This document shows positions 36,701 to 46,772 of a stretch of 47,903 nucleotides of DNA, one piece after another. Numbering within the stretch: the stretch's first letter is position 1; the number at the start of each line of letters is the position of its first letter. The notes below the pieces were generated by a model, which did not search any database, was not told the origin of the DNA, and saw nothing but the letters and a program-made list of their open reading frames with translations. A program made the position numbers and the translations under genes. Source of the stretch: Proteromonas lacertae (taxonomy: Eukaryota); the NCBI GenBank assembly GCA_002245135.1, contig NGBS01000309.1, forward strand, positions 62,001-109,903. The letters are read 5' to 3'.

Positions 36701-39700
36701 GATCCTTATGTGAAGAAAATATTGGAAAATATGAATGATATGATGGAAAACCTGCAAATTACAACAAATGGTATTAGTAATATCGATGAAGGTAAAAGAG
36801 CTGTTACAAATATAAAGTTAGCTTTGCCAAATGGAGGTTATATAGTTAATATGATCATGGGACCAAGTTATATAGCTGAATTTTACAAATATGTTTTAGA
36901 AGAATCATTATATTACCCAGCTTACACATTTATTGATGTTTTTATTGATGTAAATCTGTTAAGAACATTGGATAAGAAGTTAATGACAGGACATATTTTC
37001 TTAGGAACATTCTTTGAAGAATTAATTGATCCAAATCTTAATAAAGTTGGTGATATTCCATATATTGGTAAACAATTTGTTCAGAATGTGCATATTAGAA
37101 CTGCTGATTATTATTTAAGTGGTGGAATGGAAATACCATACATTCAAGTGTTAGTGTGGAAATCAATAATCACTAAATCCAATAGTTTTGATATTAGTTC
37201 ATTAAGTACAATGTATAATTATCAAATAGATGTACCAAGTTATGAAGTAAGAGTATTAGAAAATAATTATGTTGCAAGAATGGAATTTGCTGGTACAGTT
37301 CAAGAAGATGGTAGTGTATTAATAGATTGGCATCCAACATCAATGTTTGAAGCAAATCCTTATCATGGAACTAATTCTACATCAGTTGGTTATATTTGTG
37401 ATTGGGCTGTTGAAAAGAAAGAAAAAGTATATACTGATCCAATAATAATAGCATTTTTACATGAAAGAGATATTGGTGGTAAAACTGAAATATATAATTC
37501 ATTATTACAAGATATGACAGTTGATGAGATAAATGATTCTGGAGGAGTTTTAGGTAGAAAAATAGCTGCTGTTCATTATTGGGTAGTTATAAATGATGCT
37601 TATAAAACAACAAGAGAAATATTAGAAGAAGGAAAATGTAATATTATTGTAGGATGTTTAACTTCAGAATGTAGAAATGAAGTAAGTAGATATCTTGAAC
37701 TACATGATTTTGTATTTTTATTTACAGGCAGAGATGATGGATATACTTGTAATGAAAATACTGTTAATACTGGTTTAACTATCAATCAAAAACTAGATCC
37801 TGTTTTTGATTACTTTAGTAATATAGGAATTGAATCAATATATGTTGTCGGATCATTTAGAAATAGTTCTCAGACAGAATTATATCTAATTCAAAAATAT
37901 GCTGAAGAGATAAATTGTCCATTGATTGGTTCATATTTCTTCACTCCATTTAGCAATGATTTGTTAGAAAATTGTGTTGAAGATATGGTGAAATTATTAG
38001 ATACAGCTACAAGAGTTGCAGTTATTAATCTATTTGTTGCAAGAGAGAATGAATTGTTTTTGTCAAAGTTCTTATCTAATAGTATCATTAGAGCAAGCGT
38101 TACAATGATAATTATGAATTATGATCCATTAGATTTATCACCTTCTACGAAGTCTTTATTATCTGGTTCATATGTTGTATCATCCTACGATGAATCAGTA
38201 AAGAATACAATATCTGGTGCTTTGAAATATACAGCAACTGCTACTTATCAAAATGCATTAGAGTTAGCTGAAATATCTGAAAATAGTTATAGTGCGTTGT
38301 ATGTTTGGAAAGCATCAGTAGAATATGCAAAATTACAAACAAGTGATGAATGGCCAACTGCAGGTTATGTGAAATTGAGTTTTAAGTATACAACAACAGA
38401 TGGTCCATCTGGTACTGTTAGTGTAAAGAATACAAATCAAATATTAAAGTCTGTTTATATATTCAGAATAACTGATTCAAGTTTATCTCAAGTTTATCCA
38501 AAACAAGGATTACAGTATCAAGTAGATCCAAAAATGACTTACAAATCAGAAAGTGAATGTACATTTGCTAAAGAGAAGGAATTATATGAATATGACTCAG
38601 CTATTCAAACAGTATCAATTGTCCTAGCAGTATTGACTGTAGCTTGTGCTGCTTCTACATTAGGATTTGTGTTCTTCTTTAGGCATTCAAGGATTATTAA
38701 AAGTGCAAGTCCTTTGTTTTTATATTATACATGTGGTGGTATAATGTTATTAGCGTTATGTAGTTTGGTGTTTATATATGAACCAACCAATGATGCAATC
38801 TGTGCATTTAGAATTTGGTTCTTAGCAATAGCACTAGATTTGGTATTTAGTATTTTATTCTGTAAAGCTTGGAGAATTCATAAATTGTTTAACAATAAAG
38901 AATTACAGAGAGTTAAAGTATCAAATGGTCAATTAATGAAGATGATTGGTATTATTTTAGGTGCTCAAGCTGTATATTTGTTAATCTGGCAATTAGTAAA
39001 ACCATCAGAAGCTGTTGAAGTGTTTAGTAGTGGTTATAGTACTTTCCTGAAAGATATTTATATTCGAGAATGTACTTCAACTACTTATTTTGTGTATATA
39101 TTTATTATTTTAGTTTATTATTAAAATAGAGTGATTGAATTAGTAGCAGTAATATTGTTATTCATTTGGGGAGCTAAATTAGCTTGGGGTGTGAGAAATG
39201 CTTCTGCAGAATTCAATGAATCAATGTCTTTAATGTCAACTATTGGTTTTATAAGTATTGTTTATTATATATTTATATAATTTCATAGTGATTCTTGGTA
39301 TATTAGAAATACCATTGAATTATTTATTAGAGTCTGAACCAGGAACATTGGTTATAATTAGATCATTTGGTATTTCATTAGGTTCATTTGCTGTATTGCT
39401 GTTACAGTTTTCATCTAAGTTTTTGTATGTCTATGCAGTGGAGAGATCTACAACTTATGGTTCATCTTCTTTGACAGGAAGTAAATCAAACAAAGAAAGA
39501 AGTAAGATGTTAAGAAAAGCTGCTTCAAGAGGTGCATTTACTGTTTCTCCTGATATGTTGAAATATGGAGGAATTGCTTTATGTACTATATCATTCCCTG
39601 ACAAATTTTATGATGAAGTGACTATGATATCATCCTGTAGTACAGCCAGAAGAAAAATGACCACAAACAATATGAATAGTGCCAGAAGTAGTGCTAAAGG

Positions 39701-39704
39701 TTAA
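27796..39704 (+). CDS. Giant class C (GABA-B/metabotropic-like, 7tm_3) GPCR with ~9 tandem AmiC/UrtA-like periplasmic-binding domains, ~3,850 aa
   Basis: Signal peptide at 27796; nine GT-AG introns join all ORFs in frame. Repeated ~390-aa units with 'A..EIN..GG..G..I', '(Y)EG.EC' and 'P.G...h...N..' motifs. The 7TM carries class C signatures 'R...IKSASP.FL', 'C..R.WF......LVF..LF.K.WRI.K.F', 'FNES' and TM7 'F.SKF'. Confidence 0.9.
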
Positions 39705-39874
39705 AGTAGGTATATAAAAACATAAAATACATTATTAAATTCATAAAAATTATATAATATATTAATTATTGCGAAGTTTAGTATTTTGGGGAATTTATTT
39801 TTAACGGAAAACAACACACTATTTTGAAACACCCAATTATTGAGAGAATTTTAATTTTAATTTTCTTCTTATAA

Positions 39875-42355
39875 ATGGATCTTCCAATAATATTAACAAC
39901 ACAAGCTTTGCCTTCATCAGGTATATTTTGCACTGATGCATAATTAGAATCTATTAGAGCTGATTGTGCTGTTCCATTAGGTGGAGTTATACAACCATTT
40001 GTAGGACCTACTCCAAAAAGAGTATATAAAATAATATTAATTATTAGATATACAATTATTCCCAATTTGATGATATTTTTAGATGTCCAAACTGTTTTGG
40101 ATATTATAACCCATATATTAACGAATCATTTAATACGTATATTTAGTTTTTATTCTATAAATAGTTGGAGATGTCCATTATGTAGTGAATATGCTTCTTT
40201 TCCGTCAGATCCAAGGTTTCGCGATCAATTAGAAAGAAAAAAGACATACGAATGTACCGAGCAATACGTTGAATACATATTACAAGACAAAACACACGAT
40301 GATAATGATCCACCAAAGGTACTATACACATTTGTTATTGATTTAAGTGGAACAGATGAGTATTTCTCAAACCTTCAATCAAATATCATTGAATCATTAT
40401 CCCATTTACCTGATTATGGATCATTTTGTTTAATTACAATTGGAGTAAGAATTGGATTGTATGATTTATCTCAGAAAATACCACGAGTTGTTGTATATCT
40501 TTATTTACTTATATCATTATTTCTATATAGTATTTGAATGGAAATAGTAATTATAAACCATGGAAATTGTATATGTTATCTAAAAACAATATAATTAATT
40601 GGAATGATGTGATAAAATTAAACCGATTTGCATTACCAATAAAAGATAATAAAGAAAAGATAAAATCAATAATTCAATCACTTTGTCCAATCAAAGGAGA
40701 TAAGTATCTATTATTATTATTATTATTATTATTAAATAGATCTTTGCTTGGAGAATGTGTATATTCACTTGTTAACTTTATTAAATCCAATAATAAAGAC
40801 ATATATGGTGCAAATATATTTATATTTTTAAATCAAATGGAATCTAATGCAATATTACCAAGTGAAAGTATACATTTTATTAAATGAATATATTTATATA
40901 ATAGATGCTCCAACTCAAGAATATGATCATGAAACAGAATATACAATCAAAGATGATTTAGTATAACAATATATAATATATAATAACAATTATTAAATAG
41001 ATTGATTCATCTGTTTCCAATGGAATTACATTCAATATGTTTTACTCTATTGAAGATCTTCATATACTTAGTAATTGGGTAACTTTAATCTCTTCAACTA
41101 ATGGTAATATCTATCATATTGAAAAAGAGAATCTTAATAGAATAACCAACATTCTAAGTCATTTGTTTTGTAGTTATAATGGCTATAAAACTTCCTTAAG
41201 AATAAGATCTAGTCCTTCCATAGTGACTTCATTTCCAGAATGTTCTTCATTGAAAAGTGATAAATTATATGATAATTTATACCATATGTCTGTAGTAAAT
41301 AATGGAATTAGTTATAATTTAGAAGTAAATTATGGTAGTTCTGATTATTTCTATTATGATACAAATAATTCATTTGTTATTCAAATGGTATTGTCATATT
41401 ATGGTTATGTTAAGAGTAATGATAATATTGAATATATACCAGCAAATGTAATTAGAGTTTATACAAAAAGAGGAGATATCACTAATGATAAAATGACATT
41501 GTATAAGAAATGTAATCCCAAAGTTATATCTTATTATATCATTCATTCTGTATATAATATAATATATATTTATTTATTTATTTTTCTTATCTCTTTATTT
41601 TATAGATATTAAAATCATATCAAATCAAAGATGTTGATTCTGTCAGAGTGTTATTCTTAAATTGGATTATACAGTTTTACACTCATTACAATTACGAAAC
41701 TAAACCATTAAGAAATGTAAATGATATAAATATGATTGATATGAAATTTCAATTCCATCCTCATTTACTATTAATTACTCATATTGTATAGAATATATAT
41801 ATATATATTATTATTTATTACTATAGATATATTCATTATTAAAGAATGATTTATTATCAAATTATTGTCCAGCTGATAAAAGACAATATTTGTTATATTT
41901 TATTCAACATTTAAGTTGTAATGAATTAACGAGATATTTCTACCCTCAACTGTATAGTTATCAAGCTATGGATGATCAATCTGCTGAAATAATACCATTA
42001 AGTAGATTAGCTATGACTTCATCGTATTTATTGTAATAATTATATTTGTAATAGAAAAGGCCATTTCTTTGTATTAGATGGTTATGAAGATGTAATGGTA
42101 TATAGTGATGCAAGTGTAGAAGATGCTGAAATTCCACCTCCAGAGAATAGTAGGTTATATAAAGATATAGAATTTATGATTAATAACAATTGTCATTGTA
42201 TTCCAAATGTGTATTATATTGAAAGTGGTAAAGATGAGTGTTTACTTGAGAAAGAGTTAATTGAAGATAATACAATGTATGGAAATGGTTATTATGAATT
42301 TGAGATGATTTTACAGAAAGAAATTGAAAGTGATTTAAGTAATAACAAACATTAA
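39875..42355 (+). CDS. Divergent Sec23/Sec24-family COPII coat protein
   Basis: Many short exons. 'VPLGGVIQPF', zinc finger 'RCPNCFGYYNPY...WRCPLC', trunk/vWA 'YTFVIDLSG', beta-sandwich 'LRIRSSP..' and 'QMVLSY...IRVYT', helical 'YPQLYSY', gelsolin-like C-terminus 'LDG...LIED'. Confidence 0.8.
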
Positions 42356-42439
42356 ATTTTCTTTATTTTTCTTTCTTTTTTATCAATCTAAAAAATAACT
42401 AAAATATAACTACAAGTAATTAATAAAATCTCTCTAATC

Positions 42440-44830
42440 TTACAAACTCAAAACATCAGCTTTAAACAAAACATTCTTCTCTATTAAATCAATAATTTCT
42501 ATAAGAAACATTGAATCACCATTATCCAATTCTTCAAATACATAATGAGAAGGTTTACAATTATATTTATCACTATACAACACAATACTATCTTTCAAAA
42601 TCATCATTATCTCCTCAAAACTCTTCTCTCTTTCTTTATTCTCATCTTTCTCACTTAATACTAATGAAAAATGAGTTAAAATCTTAATAATAATCTCTAA
42701 AATATCTTTAAACTCTACTAAATCCTTTCTTATTACAAAATTATCTTTATCTCTTAACAATAAATACAATAAATTAATATTATTACTAAGATGAGGTTGT
42801 TGAAGTGCAAAACATATAATATGAAGAAAACTTTCCAATATAATATGATATATTGTCAATATATTCGTTTCTTTTTTTATAACGGAACTATCATTATCAA
42901 TAATATATCCGTTATATTTTGAATTCTTTAAAGGATAACCTAATTCATACAATATAGCATCAATTCTCATATCATTTTCTTTACTCATTTCATTATTACT
43001 ATCATCTTCATTCTCATCTTCAACTGGACCTAATTTCTTCTTTGAAAACGATTTCTTTTCATTCTCTAATCTTACTTGAATTGGTTGAAATAGATCCTCT
43101 AAATTTGTATCACTTGAACATGGTGAAATTTCAAATTTTAGTTTTGGTGGAGTTATTGGAGTAGGTGATGGCTGTGGAGGTATTGGAATGTTTAAAGGAA
43201 TATTTGAAATACTTATTACTGATCTCCATGTTGGATTTTTATGAATTGAATTGTTAGTATTATCATTATTTGATGGAGAATTAATAGCTTCTATCTTTTC
43301 AGGGTTATTTTTACTACTGCTATTACTGTATTGATGTTTCATAGATGATAATAAATGATTTTGAGGTGGTTGAGGAGAAGATTGAATAGGAAATGTTAAT
43401 GAAGAAATATTATTATTATTATTATGACTATTAACCATTTTATTTACAGAAGTATTATTATAATTTATTTTTGAAGATTTTACAATATAATGTTTCTGAT
43501 GAATCTTACTAAGTGATTTGAATAAATCTAATAACCTTAAACTAGTAATATAATGAATATTATCAACATAAGAAGCAGTGTTGAATATAATAGCATAACA
43601 AATTTGAAATATGTATTGATCTTTCTGATGCTTTGAATTCTGTGAAATTACTTTTAATATTATGATCAAAAGTAATGAACCAAGGTAAATATCTTTCAGA
43701 TTCTCTTCATGATACCAATCAACGAATGTAATACAGATTCTACTATGTATTGTCTTATTGAAACTTGGATCTTGCGAAAGTAATAGGAGTACTAACAATA
43801 GTGGATATAATTGGATGGAGTTTAGAAATGATGTTTGATAGAGTGATTCTATTTTGTTTTTAATGTATAATAATAATTATAAAATATACTTAATAATGGA
43901 AGACACATTATTTCAATATCTGCTTGAGAAACGATATAATTATAGAAATATTTATTATCTTTTAAGAGTTTGTATAATAAGAAAGAACTAATATGATATA
44001 TTAGATAGTTATAGATACGAATAAAATATATTGACATTATTCGGTATATTCAATAGATTTTGGAATGGATATTGCAATGAATTATGAATTGTATAATGTG
44101 ATTTATTGTCTCTATAATATAATAAAATATAATGATTATACTGTAAATGAAGAAAAGCTTGTCTAAAAATATTGTTTCTATCAATTAAAAGACATAATAA
44201 TGAAACACTATTTGTTATTAATAATCTAATAATATAAATCATAATTATATATATATATATATACTCTGTATTCTTATTGGATGGTAAATTATAATATGTT
44301 AATAATATCGTTATTAATTGTTGCATTCTATACAAATATTAATGAATATATCAATATCATATAATACTTTTCAGCATCTAATATTGATGATAAATATTCC
44401 ACAAAATGAAATGGTTGTGGACTATTTTCATGTTGTTTTTCTATCAATATCAATAGTATTAGACATTCAATTATATAATTGTATATTTGAAATAAATCTG
44501 AGATTATTACGTTCTTCAAAAGCAAAAGCAAAAATGATCTGATGACTTTGTATATTGATGATTCTATATAAATAATATATATCACATTTATTACCTTCTC
44601 TAATTGTACTATTGAATGAAGTTATTTCTTTAAATGTTTCAAGATTAATCGTAGATTCTTCAAATAATTCATTCAATATAATCTTTAGCAGTTTTATTGA
44701 CGTTGTTACTCTAACTATTTGAGGATGGAAGATTGTATGCAGATCAAGCTATAACAGTAAATCATTTATTATCACAATTATATGTACATGATTATGTGGT
44801 ATTCTGACAGGACATTCATATATGTATAAC
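42440..44830 (-). CDS. DYM: Dymeclin; 5' end apparently missing
   Basis: 'LLVLLLLSQDPSFNKTIH...WY.E..LKDI.LGSLLLIII.K.I..N.....DQY....C.A...N', 'N.NLLYLLL' and C-terminal 'YVFEE' match dymeclin. Upstream exons trace to ~44830 with no start codon or Met-Gly N-terminus. Confidence 0.8.
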
Positions 44831-44940
44831 CGTAAGAATATCACTGTAGGTGGGTAACCCGTACCAGACTATTCTTAGGTGCTTCTACAGGTAAGAATAA
44901 GCGATTTGAGTGTAAATTAGTTTTTGGTACGGGTTATACT
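44824..44940. repeat. Palindrome-rich boundary segment
   Basis: Perfect 12-bp inverted repeat TAACCCGTACCA (44855-44866) / TGGTACGGGTTA (44925-44936); direct repeat GTAAGAATA (44832, 44891); inverted pairs TAAGAATA/TATTCTTA and CTGTAG/CTACAG. Confidence 0.75.
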
Positions 44941-45081
44941 GGAGGAAGCGGTGAGTTTAAATTTCTTTATATATTTTAGTGTATGAGTAATTTTATGGGT
45001 TAAAATTTTTTCTTTTGTTTTTTGTATATAATTTCATTTAACTTTTTCTTATTGTTATTTATCAATCATAATTTCAAAAAA

Positions 45082-45423
45082 ATGTCAAGAATTTGGATCG
45101 AGAATGTTAATATAGAAGATAGAAATAAGCGTGAAGATGAAGACTTTGAAAGAATCTATGCAATCATTGAAAGTGAAGTAGCTAGAATAGTAGCTGAGCC
45201 ACCTCCAGTAGTAATGTGGTATACTTCTGATACAGCTGATGAGGATGACAGAAAGTATGAAGAATGGCGTGCAATTCATAAACCAACCAGAGTAGCACAA
45301 GCAACCATACGCCCTAGAAAATGGGTTGATCCTGAAGAAGAGCGCAGAAAAACAAAGATGTTAAAGCGTTATGGTATTGATGAAAAAAACATCATTGAAG
45401 AAAGACTAAGATTTCATAACTAA
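45082..45423 (+). CDS. Hypothetical charged protein (113 aa)
   Basis: Likely start AAAAAAATG at 45082 (MSRIWIENV); intronless. Confidence 0.6.
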   Translation: MSRIWIENVNIEDRNKREDEDFERIYAIIESEVARIVAEPPPVVMWYTSDTADEDDRKYEEWRAIHKPTRVAQATIRPRKWVDPEEERRKTKMLKRYGIDEKNIIEERLRFHN

Positions 45424-45551
45424 TTCTTAAATCATTGGTTTTAATTGAATTTTTGTTATTTGATTGGCTGAATAGAAATAAACATAATATTACATAATTC
45501 TTTTCATTCATAAATTTCTTGCGATTTTTGAAATAATCTACATAAATTAAA

Positions 45552-46140
45552 ATGAGTGATATACAAAACGAATTAGATGCTAATATTGAAAAACACTTAC
45601 AAGAAGGTGAAATGTATGAGAATGATATGTCTGAAGTAAAATCATTAATTATTAAAGTATTCAAGGATATGTTGGATGGTATGTATTCTGTGATTGAAGA
45701 GTATGAAGATGATCCAGAATGGAGTGAACAACCAGGTGATGATATTGATATAACAATGGAAGAAGAAGAAGAAGTGAAGGAAGAAAAACAAAGCGAATCT
45801 AAACCTAAAAAAAAGAAAGGATATAACAAAGTTAGATCCAGATTCACAGATATGTAGTACTTGTGGTAAGAAGAAAGCTAATGATGAATTTGGTTATAAG
45901 AGTGAAGGTGTATTCTATAAATCTTGTACAGAGTGTAGAAATAAGAAGAAGAGAAGATATGAAGAAGTAAAGAAAGGAAGTGATAATAGTGGAGAAGATA
46001 AGAAGCGTAAAGTAGAGAATAGTTCCACTGCCGAGGGTCGACCAAAGGTAGATATTGCTAAAGTAGATTGTTCTACAAGTCCTATCCCGGGGGTAGCTAC
46101 AGTAGATCTAACTACATCACCTACCTGTATAATTAATTAA
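45552..46140 (+). CDS. Acidic protein with C4 zinc finger, frameshifted at an A8 run
   Basis: ORF 45552-45857 continues, after removing one A at 45807-45814, into 'KDITKLDPDSQICSTCGKKKANDEFGYKSEGVFYKSCTECRNKKKRR...' ending TAA at 46140. Confidence 0.6.
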
Positions 46141-46204
46141 CTTTTGGTTTAAAATTCATTTTTATATTTCTATACGTTTTTATATATAAATAATTTCACA
46201 TAAT

Positions 46205-46588
46205 ATGCCATATAATTCATCATTAGTTATGTTAGGTGATATGAAAGATACTTTAAATGGTTTGAAACAAGAACTGTATATTTTATTAGGTTGTGTAGTT
46301 CTATGGGTTCTTTATAAATGCAAGAGAATATGTGCATGGTGTTATCATAAAGCCTGTCCTCCAGAATTAAGTGAAATATTAGCTGAGCCAGAACCTGCTG
46401 TTCAATTAGCATTAAGAAAATCTACTATTGTTTCTGCTATTCCATTTACTTTAACACCTGAAAATAGTAGAATAAATTCTAGAAATGTTAGTGATAATGA
46501 AGATGAAGAACCATTAGAAACAGAAATAGAAATTATTCCTATTAATAAACCTGAGATTGAAATTCAAAAACCATTCATAAATATTTAA
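46205..46588 (+). CDS. Hypothetical single-pass membrane protein (127 aa)
   Basis: Hydrophobic 'LYILLGCVVLWVLY' followed by a Cys/basic juxtamembrane segment and an acidic tail. Confidence 0.6.
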   Translation: MPYNSSLVMLGDMKDTLNGLKQELYILLGCVVLWVLYKCKRICAWCYHKACPPELSEILAEPEPAVQLALRKSTIVSAIPFTLTPENSRINSRNVSDNEDEEPLETEIEIIPINKPEIEIQKPFINI

Positions 46589-46772
46589 TTTTATATATAG
46601 ACTTTTTTCGTAATTTGATTTTTGAAAGTTATTTTTTGTACCCCCTTAAAAAATTACATAAAGAAAAACCGTTTTATTTTTCATTCACACTTTTCTTACT
46701 CATTTTCAGTATTTTATTTTTTGCTTTTTTTTACCTTAATAGAAAATTAATTATTCAATCATTCAATCAAAA

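Noticed and set aside
30887..39124. Bacterial contamination or a bacterial ABC-transporter operon
   Set aside because: The PBP units are in frame with a eukaryotic 7TM and flanked by spliceosomal introns, with composition like the neighbouring genes.
1..44830. Functional clustering of membrane-trafficking genes (RH protein, DENN, Sec23/24, dymeclin)
   Set aside because: They are interspersed with unrelated genes, and such genes are common enough for chance co-occurrence.
44830..44900. Known self-cleaving ribozyme (HDV-like, hammerhead, twister)
   Set aside because: The pairing order is superficially HDV-like, but the P3/L3, P1.1 and catalytic-C elements and the hammerhead CUGANGA/GAAA cores are not evident on either strand.
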